The notes beneath the pieces are model-generated. The model had not been told where the DNA came from. It made no database searches and saw nothing but the letters and a program-made list of their open reading frames with translations. The translations under genes and the position numbers were made by a program. From Candidatus Poseidoniaceae archaeon (lineage in GTDB: Archaea; Thermoplasmatota; Poseidoniia; Poseidoniales; Poseidoniaceae): a stretch of 64,000 nucleotides of DNA. The DNA is taken from NCBI GenBank assembly GCA_965662895.1, contig CBFIJH010000001.1, positions 128,001 through 192,000 of the forward strand. The letters are read 5' to 3'. The first letter of the stretch is position 1. Every line of letters starts with the position of its first letter. Shown here piece after piece: positions 38,419 through 48,115 of the stretch.

Positions 38419-39621
38419 ATCGGTTGGCTGGGATTGGACGATACGGATTCACTTGGAGGAGGCTGCACAACAGAAGTTCTGTTTAGACTTCTTCAACAAC
38501 TCCCTGAACAGGTCACAACAGGTACAAAACGACTCGTTCGATTGTGGCCATTTGCACGAAGAAGAACCCGTGGAAATGCTGCGGTTGCTGTTGAATTGAA
38601 CGTTAAGAACGAACAGGTTTTGTTGGAATTCTTGGAACAATTCTGGGACAGAGAAATCCTCCCGCATAAAGGCAACAAGCATGAAAGCAACCACAGTGAA
38701 CGAGAACAGTTTCCTGCGGATCCTGGAATGGTCTGGTTCTCAGAAATCAAAAGGAATGAGCAATTGTACAAATCTGGCTTGAGGCGAGAACTAACCCTCA
38801 AAGATCTCCCTGTTTCGACAAAAGCATGGGGTGGCTATGGAAAAATTGGGGCGACACTTGCCGTGGTTTGGCCTGCAAATGACGTGACATACGAAGCGAT
38901 AGCATGGCGAACAAAGAAGAACGCTGAAATTCGTAAAGTGGACAATCATGCTCGTGAGGTTGTTGAAGCGATGGACGAAACGTTCCTTTGTCGGGACGAA
39001 CGTCTTGGAAAATCAATGCTTGCTCCACGAGGGGCATCGCCCGTCTTGTTTGGTATTCGAGCTTGGTCAAAAAAAGCCGCAAAGCAAGCGCTTCAGGTTC
39101 TTGTGGATGCTCCGAACACTGAATCCGTTGCAGGTTCAATGATTTTCGAAACAAATCAAGCAACAAACGATCATTTGGACGATTCCATGACAATCGAAGT
39201 AGAATCAATCGAGGTTCTTCGAGGCGGTCATACGGTTCTCCAGTCCCAGAATGACCGTTTTCTTGCATTCAAGGAATCAGGAGAGCTCGCTCGGATTTGT
39301 CAATGTCTTCGTCCAGGCGACATCATCGAGTGCAAGGGTCTCCGAGCACCAGACCATTCGATCCACATTGAATTTTTGAAAATCAATCATCTCGTAGCCG
39401 AACGTACCCGCCCAAAATGTCCCCATTGCAACAAAGCATTGTCTTCCATGGGGAGAAACCAAGGATTACGCTGCAAGAAGTGTGGATTGAAGCAGGAGGA
39501 TTCTTGGAAACAAAATCAGCGCGACCTACCATTGAACACATGGATTCAACCACCACCGTCGGCTCGCCGTCATCTTGCCAAACCACTGTTGGAAGATTCA
39601 ATTCGGCAAAACAATCTTTAG
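38419..39621 (+). CDS. tiaS: tRNA(Ile2) agmatinylcytidine synthetase
   Basis: WLGLDDTDS.GGCTT, LVRLWP..RTRGNAA, PVLFGIR, TNQATNDH, CPHC..MG.NQG.RCKKC, ARRHLAKP. Start codon uncertain (ATC 38419, CTG 38428 or TTG 38434). Confidence 0.9.
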   Translation: MGWLGLDDTDSLGGGCTTEVLFRLLQQLPEQVTTGTKRLVRLWPFARRRTRGNAAVAVELNVKNEQVLLEFLEQFWDREILPHKGNKHESNHSEREQFPADPGMVWFSEIKRNEQLYKSGLRRELTLKDLPVSTKAWGGYGKIGATLAVVWPANDVTYEAIAWRTKKNAEIRKVDNHAREVVEAMDETFLCRDERLGKSMLAPRGASPVLFGIRAWSKKAAKQALQVLVDAPNTESVAGSMIFETNQATNDHLDDSMTIEVESIEVLRGGHTVLQSQNDRFLAFKESGELARICQCLRPGDIIECKGLRAPDHSIHIEFLKINHLVAERTRPKCPHCNKALSSMGRNQGLRCKKCGLKQEDSWKQNQRDLPLNTWIQPPPSARRHLAKPLLEDSIRQNNL

Positions 39622-39642
39622 CAGTCCCAAGAATACAGGTTT

Positions 39643-39897
39643 ATGTCGGAGGAAACGACAAAAAATGTAACGGCTCTAATTCTCATCCTGGCGTTTTTAG
39701 GAATGATGATTTTCGTAGCCCTTCGAGCTCGCCAGAATCGTGAAGAAATGATGAAGAATCACGCACCAAAAGTGGCTGGTGAAGATGAGATGGAAGGTGG
39801 TGCTCGTCATCCACAACGGTTCGATGAGCCCGATGAAGAAGCGTTGGAAGAAATGGCAAAACTTCTCGGTGAAGAATCAGACGAGAATGAAGCCTGA
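39643..39897 (+). CDS. Small single-TM protein with acidic tail
   Basis: One hydrophobic helix, E-rich C-terminus, fills the intergenic gap. Confidence 0.65.
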   Translation: MSEETTKNVTALILILAFLGMMIFVALRARQNREEMMKNHAPKVAGEDEMEGGARHPQRFDEPDEEALEEMAKLLGEESDENEA

Positions 39898-40467
39898 TTC
39901 TTCAATTTTCAACCTCTTTACATCGTCTTGTAGGTCAAGAATTGTGAAGCCGTTGTCGCCTCCATAAAGAGCCCATGTTGCAAATCCTTGCTCGCTAAAT
40001 TTGGTTTCTGAGCGGATTCGGTAAGGATTTACCGAACCTGTTACATCTGTACCTGACTTTGAAATCAATAGAAGCGAGGTATCGGAATTTATCCGTTGTG
40101 CTAGATCGAAGACTGCATCAAGATGCTCCTTCTCAATGCGTCCGGTTGGTGAACACCAATCATCGAGAATAACCAAACCAACCCGGGGTAGACTTTGCTC
40201 TGCTTCTACAATAGCATCAACGCATCGATCCATTGCACCGATGAGATTCAATGCGTGAAATCGACTGGATTGAACGATGTTTAACGAGGAAAAGAGCTGC
40301 GAAAACCTCGTGGCGTTGGGCATTTCTGGAGATGCCCACAACACACGTCCACCAGATTGTATTTCATCGACTGCAGATTGCAAACCAAATGTTGTACCTC
40401 CACAGCCACCTGCAACGGAAAGGTGAACCCTCTTTCCTTCGAGATCCAGTGAGAAACGCTCCGACAT
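39877..40467 (-). CDS. RadB/RecA-like P-loop protein with degenerate Walker A
   Basis: VHLSVAGGCGGTTFGLQ, G.RVLW.S.E..N..RF.Q, LVILDD. Confidence 0.6.
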   Translation of the reverse strand: MSERFSLDLEGKRVHLSVAGGCGGTTFGLQSAVDEIQSGGRVLWASPEMPNATRFSQLFSSLNIVQSSRFHALNLIGAMDRCVDAIVEAEQSLPRVGLVILDDWCSPTGRIEKEHLDAVFDLAQRINSDTSLLLISKSGTDVTGSVNPYRIRSETKFSEQGFATWALYGGDNGFTILDLQDDVKRLKIEESGFILV

Positions 40468-40542
40468 GGTTATGCCTAGGAGTCCTACAATTTGATTGCG
40501 TTTATGCAAAATGCTCATGACCTCTCCCCCACTCCAATGGCC

Positions 40543-40758
40543 ATGAGCGGCGATACCCGAAAAGGGGAGCGTATCCCACGAAGAGATCCGCCACCTTACG
40601 AAGAAGCAGATGGATTCGGCCAAGCAGTGGCCCGAGACGGCTTCTTCAAGACGGCAATCAATGACACCAATCAGTACGGTCCGATTGGCATGATGATTCT
40701 GCTCTTCATTGTCGCCACCATTACGGGTGCTGCCATCAAGTTGTTGGAATCTCTTTGA
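40543..40758 (+). CDS. Small C-terminal single-TM protein
   Basis: Hydrophilic N-terminus, TM at the C-terminal end; CTCATGAC at -29..-22. Confidence 0.65.
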   Translation: MSGDTRKGERIPRRDPPPYEEADGFGQAVARDGFFKTAINDTNQYGPIGMMILLFIVATITGAAIKLLESL

Positions 40759-40843
40759 TGGAACTGTACCTTGTGCTTGAAAATCACCCTCGGTTTCAAT
40801 TTGCGAGCGATATCTTCAAACCATTTTTGGCAAAGTCTTGCCT

Positions 40844-41308
40844 ATGAGTGAAGGCTCGGTCAATGTCGAGAGTCGTACATCATCTCAAGACAAGCGCTGG
40901 ACGATTATGGCAGCACTGCTTGGAACAAACACTGCAATCATGTTGTTTCAGGGTATCGAACAAGAAGCAAACCCGACACCGATACGAGAACTTGCATTAA
41001 CCATCATTGCGGCGACACTGCCCTTTCAGGCAATTTACTTTCTCATCTATACCTTTCTTCTCGAAAACAACGGTTTGCTCAGTTTCCACATGGAGAAGAA
41101 GTTGAAAACTGCATCCAATGTTTGTCAATTGTTTGCTTACTTGTCGTTGATCGGAGTTGCAATGTTGTGGTACAATCTTTCGATTTATGTTGGTGTTGTC
41201 TTCTTTACATCGACTATATTTGCAATGATTCTTGTTCGATATGCCATGATGACAGACGAAGAATCCCGTGATGAGATGAGGGCGAATGCCAGTGAGCAAG
41301 GTTCATGA
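40844..41308 (+). CDS. Hypothetical 4-TM membrane protein
   Basis: Four hydrophobic segments; TTCAAACC at -29. Confidence 0.7.
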   Translation: MSEGSVNVESRTSSQDKRWTIMAALLGTNTAIMLFQGIEQEANPTPIRELALTIIAATLPFQAIYFLIYTFLLENNGLLSFHMEKKLKTASNVCQLFAYLSLIGVAMLWYNLSIYVGVVFFTSTIFAMILVRYAMMTDEESRDEMRANASEQGS

Positions 41309-41309
41309 A
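41302..41309 (+). promoter_or_regulatory. TTCATGAA TATA-position element for purB
   Basis: At -29..-22 from ATG 41331; overlaps the upstream stop codon. Confidence 0.55.
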
Positions 41310-41330
41310 GCCTCTTCTTGACCAGATAAT

Positions 41331-42689
41331 ATGGCCTTCTGCCCACTGGATTACCGATACGGCTGTCAAGATTTCAAGCGAATATGGTCCGAAGTCGGCC
41401 GCCATGAGCGTCAATTGGAAGTCGAGCGTGCCCTCATATGGGCGCATTGGCAACTCGGAAGGGTCTCAGAAGAAGATTACAATGCCGTGGCAGCCATCTC
41501 AAATCCAGAATCTGTCCGAAAAGAACGGGTCGCTGAAATCGAAGCAGAAACACGACACGACATCATGGCTTTAACAAAAGCGATGGCGGAAGCGGCCGGT
41601 GATGCAGGATGGTGCATCCACCTTGGCGCAACATCCAATGATATCGTCGACACTGCCGTCGCCCTCCAACTTCGGGACAGCATTGTCCTTCTCAGGGAGC
41701 AATTGTGTCTGCTCATCGGTGTGTGCGCAGACGTTGCTGAACGTGAGCGCGATACGGTCATGCTTGGTCGTACACACGGACAGGCGGCTGTACCGATTAC
41801 ATTCGGTCTGAAGGCTGCGGTATGGTTGGATGAAATGCGTCGCCAACTCGTCCGGCTCGATGAGGCTACGCCACGAATTGCCGTCGGCAAGTTCCTCGGA
41901 GCAGTTGGAACAGGCGCAGCCCAAGGGGAACATGCACGTGAACTTCAGCGATTGATTCTCACGCATCTTGGACTCGGTGTTCCACTGGCGACAACACAAG
42001 TTGTCGGACGGGATCGGTATGTTGAGTACGTGTCATGGTTGGCAAACGTAGCAACAACCTGTGAGAAGATTCTTCAAGAGATACGAAATTTGCAACGCTC
42101 AGAACTTGCTGAGGCTGGTGAAGGATTCGATGTCAAAAAACAAGTGGGTTCCTCAACGATGGCTCACAAGAAAAACCCAATCAAATCTGAAAACGCTTCT
42201 GGCCTCGCTCGAATTGTTCGTTCGTTCATCATTCCAACGTACGAAAATGCTCTGCTTTGGCATGAGCGAGACCTTGCAAACTCGAGCAGTGAACGATTCA
42301 CATTATCGCACGGTAGCGCACTCTGCGAAGATGTGATATCCAAAACTCGACAAGTGTTAACCAACATGTGGGTTGATGCTGAAAGGTGTCTCGAGAACAT
42401 TCGTGCACAACGAGGTTTGGTGATGGCCGAGAAGGTTATGATCGATTTGGTCGAGCGAGGAATTCCAAGAGATGAAGCACATGAGATACTCCGAGAAGCA
42501 TCTTTTACCGCTGTTGCGAACAAAGAAGAATTGATCGATGTCTGCAGTCGAACGCCTGCTATTTCGGCAGCATTCAGCGCAGAAGAATTGGAAGCTATGT
42601 TTGAACCAAGCAACCACATCGGGGTATCGGGTGAAATCGTTGATGAAGCTGTTGCGCTTGCTCGTGCAGCCATTCAGGCAACGGAATGA
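41331..42689 (+). CDS. purB: Adenylosuccinate lyase
   Basis: PLDYRYG, TRHD, HLGATSND, GRTHGQ, GSSTMAHKKNP, HERDL.NS. Confidence 0.95.
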   Translation: MAFCPLDYRYGCQDFKRIWSEVGRHERQLEVERALIWAHWQLGRVSEEDYNAVAAISNPESVRKERVAEIEAETRHDIMALTKAMAEAAGDAGWCIHLGATSNDIVDTAVALQLRDSIVLLREQLCLLIGVCADVAERERDTVMLGRTHGQAAVPITFGLKAAVWLDEMRRQLVRLDEATPRIAVGKFLGAVGTGAAQGEHARELQRLILTHLGLGVPLATTQVVGRDRYVEYVSWLANVATTCEKILQEIRNLQRSELAEAGEGFDVKKQVGSSTMAHKKNPIKSENASGLARIVRSFIIPTYENALLWHERDLANSSSERFTLSHGSALCEDVISKTRQVLTNMWVDAERCLENIRAQRGLVMAEKVMIDLVERGIPRDEAHEILREASFTAVANKEELIDVCSRTPAISAAFSAEELEAMFEPSNHIGVSGEIVDEAVALARAAIQATE

Positions 42690-43330
42690 ATGTGGTACAC
42701 ACCTCGGCTTGCAGTATATTCTTTCTCGCCAGTGACTTGCAAAGAGCGAAACCATATCGGTCCACCCAAAACGAACGTCTCGTACTCGCCTCCTTCACCG
42801 TCAACATTGAAACGATGTTGAATTGAGAGGTTGTGAAGTTCGTCAAGCGTTTCCGGTGTGAGAACCCTGCCCAACCAGGCATGGTCCAAACCATCGCAAG
42901 AAATTGAGGTGAACATAATCTCAAATCCTGATTCGACCATGCCTCGAAGGTGCTCGATTGGAGTTTGGTGCCACAAGGGCGAGAATGAATGGATTCCCAG
43001 ACGCTCACTCATGCATTCAAGTCGCTGTTTTTGATAATCGGACCGCAAGGCTCCGCTGACGATGGCATCAATGTCGAGTTGTTCAAGTGCGGCCTCAAGG
43101 GTTTGAATTTCATCTTCAACCGTTCCTGAAACCGGGACGTTTATCCAAGGTATGTCGGCAAGTTTAGCTTGTTGTTCAACCCATGTTGTTGTTGGTACTT
43201 GGAACATGTGCGAATCGCCATCCTCTACCACGACAGTTACGATTCCAACAACATCCCAGCCACGACACATCGCCCACCACCATGCAGCAGAGGAATCTTT
43301 TCCCCCAGAACTGAGCACAGCGATTCGCAT
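42674..43330 (-). CDS. dph6: Diphthine--ammonia ligase
   Basis: SSGGKDS, S.YQK.R.E, PLW, GEGGEYET. Confidence 0.9.
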   Translation of the reverse strand: MRIAVLSSGGKDSSAAWWWAMCRGWDVVGIVTVVVEDGDSHMFQVPTTTWVEQQAKLADIPWINVPVSGTVEDEIQTLEAALEQLDIDAIVSGALRSDYQKQRLECMSERLGIHSFSPLWHQTPIEHLRGMVESGFEIMFTSISCDGLDHAWLGRVLTPETLDELHNLSIQHRFNVDGEGGEYETFVLGGPIWFRSLQVTGEKEYTASRGVYHIHSVA

Positions 43331-43351
43331 AGTTTCGCCAAGAACTTCAAC

Positions 43352-43359
43352 TTCATGAG
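43352..43359 (-). promoter_or_regulatory. CTCATGAA TATA-position element for dph6
   Basis: At -29..-22 from ATG 43330. Confidence 0.55.
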
Positions 43360-43470
43360 ATTAAGGGAAAACAAGCCAAGTGTTCAAATGGGTCCTTCAA
43401 TTGGATAGGATAGAGTGGTGAAGCATCACCCTCATAAAGCGTCGAGGACGAGAAGGAATTGGTGAGATAA

Positions 43471-44193
43471 GTGCAACCGAGTGGAAGAGGATACGATCAT
43501 GGAATTACGACATTTAGCCCAGACGGACGACTATTCCAAGTCGAATATGCTCGAGAATCCGTAAAGCGTGGTACAACAACGGCTGGTTTGAAATTCAAAG
43601 AAGGCGTCGTTCTTGTCTGTGACAAGCGCATCGCATCCCGATTGATTATTCCTGAATCCATTGAAAAGATGTTCAAAATTGATGAACACGTTGGCGTGGC
43701 AACATCAGGTCTCGTAGCAGACGCCCGACAACTCGTTGCACGTGCCCGAGTCGAATCACAAATCAACCGGATCACCTATGCAGACACTGTGCCAGTCGAT
43801 GTATTGGTCAAGAAAATTTGCGACTTCAAGCAATCCTTTACTCAATACGGAGGTTCTCGTCCATTCGGTACAGCACTGTTGATTGGTGGTGTTGACGATG
43901 AAGGCATTCATCTCTATGAGACGGACCCATCAGGAGCATACCAATCCTATCACGCAGGAGCAATCGGTAGCAACCGAAATACAGTTATCGAATACTTCGA
44001 AAAGAATTGGAAGGCTGGAATGACCCTGAATGCAGCAATGAAAATGGGACTTGAAGCCCTACGTTCTGCAAATGATGCCGAATTAAATCGCGAAGCGGTT
44101 GAAGTTGTCGTTGTTGATGGCAACGGATATCGAATCCTTGACCGTGGTGAAGTCAACAAGCAACTTGATCGTCTCAAACCTCTTGAAGACTGA
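43471..44193 (+). CDS. psmA: Proteasome alpha subunit
   Basis: YDHGITTFSPDGRLFQVEYA, SGLVADAR, RPFG, TDPSG. Confidence 0.97.
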   Translation: MQPSGRGYDHGITTFSPDGRLFQVEYARESVKRGTTTAGLKFKEGVVLVCDKRIASRLIIPESIEKMFKIDEHVGVATSGLVADARQLVARARVESQINRITYADTVPVDVLVKKICDFKQSFTQYGGSRPFGTALLIGGVDDEGIHLYETDPSGAYQSYHAGAIGSNRNTVIEYFEKNWKAGMTLNAAMKMGLEALRSANDAELNREAVEVVVVDGNGYRILDRGEVNKQLDRLKPLED

Positions 44194-44228
44194 ACAAGTT
44201 CTTGTGTACCCTCAAACAAGGTGACCAC

Positions 44229-44921
44229 ATGGTCAGTCTCGATGATGCCGTGCTTGCTCGTCTGGAAAAGGGCGGTAAACGCTACGAAGCGCTCGTTGAT
44301 CCAGATCTTGTTGAACAGTGGAAAGAAGATTCTTCCAGCATTGAACTGGATGAGTTCATGGCAATGGATGAAATCTTTCACGATGCACGGGCGGGTGAAC
44401 GACCAACTGAAGATGCACTGATGAAAACCTTCCAATCGCTCGATGTTGCGACCATCCTCAACATCATTCTTGATAAAGGGTCAATTCAACTCACAACCGC
44501 ACAAAGAAAAGCACGCGTTGAAAACATTCGGCAACAAATTATTCATCACATTCACAGCCAAGCCATCGACCCGAAGAGTAAGTCTCCACACCCACGAACA
44601 CGCATTGAGTTGGCGCTTGATGAATCGAAGTACTCTGTCGACCCATTCAAGCGACTTGAAGATCAAGTCAAAGATGCAATTGCGAAACTGAAACCACTTA
44701 TCCCTCTTAGTTTCGAATCGGTTCGGCTCGCATTCCGAATTCCAGGAAGTGCCTATGGAAGCGTGAGTCAATTGCTTCGGCCTTACCAAAAGAAAGAGCA
44801 ATGGCTTGAGAACGGAGATTGGGCGTGTGTTGTTGAGTTTCCTGCAGGGATGAAAGGCGACATGATCGGTCAAGTTCTCAAACGAGCAAACGATGCGGAA
44901 GTCAAAGAATTGTCCTCATGA
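44229..44921 (+). CDS. Ribosome maturation factor SBDS/Sdo1
   Basis: ARL.K.GKRYE.LVDP, IF.DA..G, G.IQLT..QR, PHP.TRIE.AL. Confidence 0.93.
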   Translation: MVSLDDAVLARLEKGGKRYEALVDPDLVEQWKEDSSSIELDEFMAMDEIFHDARAGERPTEDALMKTFQSLDVATILNIILDKGSIQLTTAQRKARVENIRQQIIHHIHSQAIDPKSKSPHPRTRIELALDESKYSVDPFKRLEDQVKDAIAKLKPLIPLSFESVRLAFRIPGSAYGSVSQLLRPYQKKEQWLENGDWACVVEFPAGMKGDMIGQVLKRANDAEVKELSS

Positions 44922-44975
44922 CAAAAGGGTGCCCTTTATCATGGGATGTCGAGTGGGCGGAATGGAGAGAAAAGA

Positions 44976-45662
44976 ATGTCCAAAGGTCAAGTTGGCGCCG
45001 AGCAGCGCCTCGTGACCCCGGGAATGGTCATCGGACCATCATCCGGGAAGCGAGCAGGTTCTGGTACGATTGCTGAAAACAATGAATTCATTGCCACCCG
45101 ATTGGGATGGCTCAATGAACAGAACGATGTCGTTTCTGTTTCGCCAATTAACAGCGCATACATGCCACGTTCAGGTGACCTTATCATCGGATTTGTGGCT
45201 GAAGTTCGCAACAATCTCTGGTTCTTCGATGTCAACGGACCGTTCCAAGCATTGCTTCCAATGTCCCTCGCACCTTGGAAGGTTGAATTTGGTTCGACCC
45301 GACAACACCTCGGAATCGGTGACGCTGCGCTAGCTCGCATTCAGGAAGTTGATGAAACGCACAACATGGTTCTCACCATGAAGGGCGTTGGACTTCGACG
45401 CCTCAACGAAGGCGCCGTTGTCTCAATTCCAGTCAATTTAATCGATACCATTCGGGGCCAAAACAACACCATGCTTAGCCGAATTCGTGATGCTACCAAT
45501 TGTCGCATCATCGTCGGTGACAATGGTCGTGTATGGATTCACGGAGATGCAGCAGACATGCATGTTGCACGACATTTGGTTCAAACTCTCAACGAAGAGG
45601 GACACAAAAACACATTCGAAGGTGCGGTCGAAGCACTTGAAAACGAACGAGGTGAACACTGA
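44976..45662 (+). CDS. rrp4: Exosome RNA-binding cap subunit Rrp4
   Basis: LVTPG, YMP..GD.IIG (S1), IIVG.NGRVWI (KH). Confidence 0.9.
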   Translation: MSKGQVGAEQRLVTPGMVIGPSSGKRAGSGTIAENNEFIATRLGWLNEQNDVVSVSPINSAYMPRSGDLIIGFVAEVRNNLWFFDVNGPFQALLPMSLAPWKVEFGSTRQHLGIGDAALARIQEVDETHNMVLTMKGVGLRRLNEGAVVSIPVNLIDTIRGQNNTMLSRIRDATNCRIIVGDNGRVWIHGDAADMHVARHLVQTLNEEGHKNTFEGAVEALENERGEH

Positions 45663-46390
45663 TGGGTGGATATGGAGACGTAAAATTACTACGAGAAGAT
45701 GGAAAACGACTTGATGGTCGAGCAATCGATGAGATGCGACCGGTAACGATTGAAGCAGGGGTCCTCCCTGCTGCTGATGGTTCGGCCATGGTTACACATG
45801 GACTGAACGTTGCAGTTGCAGCGGTTTATGGACCGATGGAAGCGCACCCTCGAAAGATTCAGCGACAAGATCGTGCTGTCATTGACGTACGTTACAATAT
45901 GGCACCGTTTTCAACCGGCGACCGAATTCGACCAGGATTCAATCGACGAAGCCGTGAAATCTCAAAGGTCACCGCTGAATCACTGGAATCCGTTGTTCTC
46001 GTTGAGCGCTACCCACGTTCAAAGATTCGTGTTGAAATCGAAATCCTCGCTGCAGAGGCAGGAACGCGATGCGCAGGAATCACTGCAGCATCTGTTGCTC
46101 TTGCTGACGCTGGAATTCCTATGCGAGACATGATTGTCGGTGTCGCCTCTGGTAAGATTGAGGACACGGTTGTTCTTGACCTTGACAAGGCAGAAGACAA
46201 CTATGGTCAAGCCGACCTACCCGTTGGCATTCTTCCGAACACTGGCGAGATTGCTTTCCTACAAATGGATGGTGACCTTTCCATCGATGAGTACAATCTC
46301 GCAATGGAGTACAACTACAAAGCAGCCAAAGAAATCCATGAAATCATGGTTGATGCTCTCAAGCGACGATACGAAGGAGGTGAAGCCTGA
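45662..46390 (+). CDS. rrp41: Exosome core subunit Rrp41
   Basis: RLDGR..DEMR, ADGSA, YGP, YNMAPFS, RRSREIS, AGTR, EDNYG.AD.P. Confidence 0.95.
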   Translation: MGGYGDVKLLREDGKRLDGRAIDEMRPVTIEAGVLPAADGSAMVTHGLNVAVAAVYGPMEAHPRKIQRQDRAVIDVRYNMAPFSTGDRIRPGFNRRSREISKVTAESLESVVLVERYPRSKIRVEIEILAAEAGTRCAGITAASVALADAGIPMRDMIVGVASGKIEDTVVLDLDKAEDNYGQADLPVGILPNTGEIAFLQMDGDLSIDEYNLAMEYNYKAAKEIHEIMVDALKRRYEGGEA

Positions 46391-47175
46391 TGGTTGAACT
46401 CGTTCCTTCCCTCTTGCGACAAGAGCTTAACCGTCTCGCTGCCGATGGCCAGCGAATTGATGGACGTGGTCAATTCGATGGACGTGAAGTTCATCTTGAA
46501 GTCGATTGTTTGTACAATGCTGAAGGATCTGCAAAAGTTGTTTGGGGAGACACCATCATTTATGCTGGTGTCAAGTTCGAAATTCGAACTCCGTGGCCAG
46601 ACCGACCCACACAAGGTTCACTCATGTGTGGTGCAGAACTTCGTCCTGTCGCTCACCGAAAGTACGAACCAGGCCCACCATCGCCACAATCCATCGAACT
46701 CGGTCGAGTTGTTGATCGTGGAATCCGTGAATCCGGATGCATCGACATGGAAGAACTGTGCATTGTACCTGGAGAGAAAGTCTGGGGTGTTATGATCGAC
46801 ATCCACGTTCTCTCCGATGGAGGCAACATCTTCGATGCAGCGGGGCTCGCAGCCATTGCTGCTCTCCGAACAGCTGTTGTTCCTGCCGAGCGCTTTGATG
46901 TTGGTGAAGACCACGTCTTGAAGGTCAATGGAACACCAATTATGGCATCGTTCAAACGTGCAGGAGGACGCTTTGTTTACGACCCCAGCGAAGATGAAGA
47001 ACTTGGTGGAGACGAGCGAATTCATATCACATTGGGTGATGAAGGTCACCTCCACTCACTACAGAAGGGGCTAAAAGGAGTCTTCACTCCGGACGAATTT
47101 GCCGAGATTCTAGCGGTCGCCGAACAAAAGTGCAGTGAACTGAGAGAAATGGTGGCAGAAAAGGAGGGGAACTGA
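46390..47175 (+). CDS. rrp42: Exosome core subunit Rrp42
   Basis: RIDGR, AEGSA.V, P.PDRP..G, EPGPP..IELGRVVDRGIRES, DGGN.FDA. Confidence 0.95.
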   Translation: MVELVPSLLRQELNRLAADGQRIDGRGQFDGREVHLEVDCLYNAEGSAKVVWGDTIIYAGVKFEIRTPWPDRPTQGSLMCGAELRPVAHRKYEPGPPSPQSIELGRVVDRGIRESGCIDMEELCIVPGEKVWGVMIDIHVLSDGGNIFDAAGLAAIAALRTAVVPAERFDVGEDHVLKVNGTPIMASFKRAGGRFVYDPSEDEELGGDERIHITLGDEGHLHSLQKGLKGVFTPDEFAEILAVAEQKCSELREMVAEKEGN

Positions 47176-47532
47176 TTGGCTAAGCGAACCCAGAAAGCAA
47201 AAGCAACAGCTCGATTTGGAGCACGATACGGTGTAAGCGTACGACGAAACGCCGGTAGTGCACTCGCAAAGAAGAATGCAAAGTACACCTGCCCTGTATG
47301 CCATTACCGTAAAGTTTCACGCCAGTCCGTTGGTATCTGGTCCTGCGGTAAATGTGGGCACACCTTCGCAGGCGGAGCATGGGAACCATTCACACGTGCA
47401 AGTGATGCAAACTCTCGAATTCTTCGCCGATCCATCGAAGGTGCAACAACCGCTGATATGGCATTCATTGCGCAACAAGCCGCACTTGATTTCGAGCGCA
47501 AGGCTGCTGAAGATACTTCTGAAGAAGAGTGA
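47176..47532 (+). CDS. rpl37ae: 50S ribosomal protein L37Ae (eL43)
   Basis: RFGARYG, CPVC..GIW.C.KC..FAGGAW; TTG start after GGAGG. Confidence 0.93.
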   Translation: MAKRTQKAKATARFGARYGVSVRRNAGSALAKKNAKYTCPVCHYRKVSRQSVGIWSCGKCGHTFAGGAWEPFTRASDANSRILRRSIEGATTADMAFIAQQAALDFERKAAEDTSEEE

Positions 47533-47804
47533 TGGCAATGGCGGAGACGCCTTTCACACTTGTCTGTACAATTGGACGAGCGAATGCTTTAGACATCCAA
47601 GCGATGCGTGATTCCCTCATATCAGAAACGACGAGTGAATTGATTGACGAAAACACATTTGCATTTCGATTGGATGAAGCAAATGCCAAAGATTTGCGGG
47701 CCATGTGGAACACACGAATACGCGGCCTGATCGCTGCGGATGAAATCTTACAGGCGATTGAATCCGCAGGTTCATCAACCAACGATGATTCGAGGGAAGC
47801 ATGA
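47529..47804 (+). CDS. Putative KEOPS subunit Pcc1-like protein
   Basis: Size, DLRAMWN motif and conserved position between rpl37ae and pfdB. Confidence 0.55.
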   Translation: MMAMAETPFTLVCTIGRANALDIQAMRDSLISETTSELIDENTFAFRLDEANAKDLRAMWNTRIRGLIAADEILQAIESAGSSTNDDSREA

Positions 47805-48115
47805 GCACCGTTGAACAACTCCAAGTCGTTGTCTCAGAAGTTCAAAACGCTCGACATCAAGTCGCGACCGTTCGAGCCCAACTTCAAGAACTTGAAACCA
47901 CAATTACCGCTGTTGAGAAGCATCCAGAAGGTATGGCTCTGCATCGACAACTTGGTGGAGTATTGGTTGAAGTTGACAAGAAGGATGAGTTGATTGAGGA
48001 GTTGAAAAAAACACACGCTACACTCTCCGAACATGCGGAGCGACTTTCAGAACATGAAGCAAAATTGGTCGCTGCATACGAAGAACTCAAGAAATCGCTT
48101 GAGGGAGAAGCTTGA
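47801..48115 (+). CDS. pfdB: Prefoldin beta subunit
   Basis: Two coiled coils around HRQLGGVLVE hairpin; conserved superoperon position. Confidence 0.85.
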   Translation: MSTVEQLQVVVSEVQNARHQVATVRAQLQELETTITAVEKHPEGMALHRQLGGVLVEVDKKDELIEELKKTHATLSEHAERLSEHEAKLVAAYEELKKSLEGEA

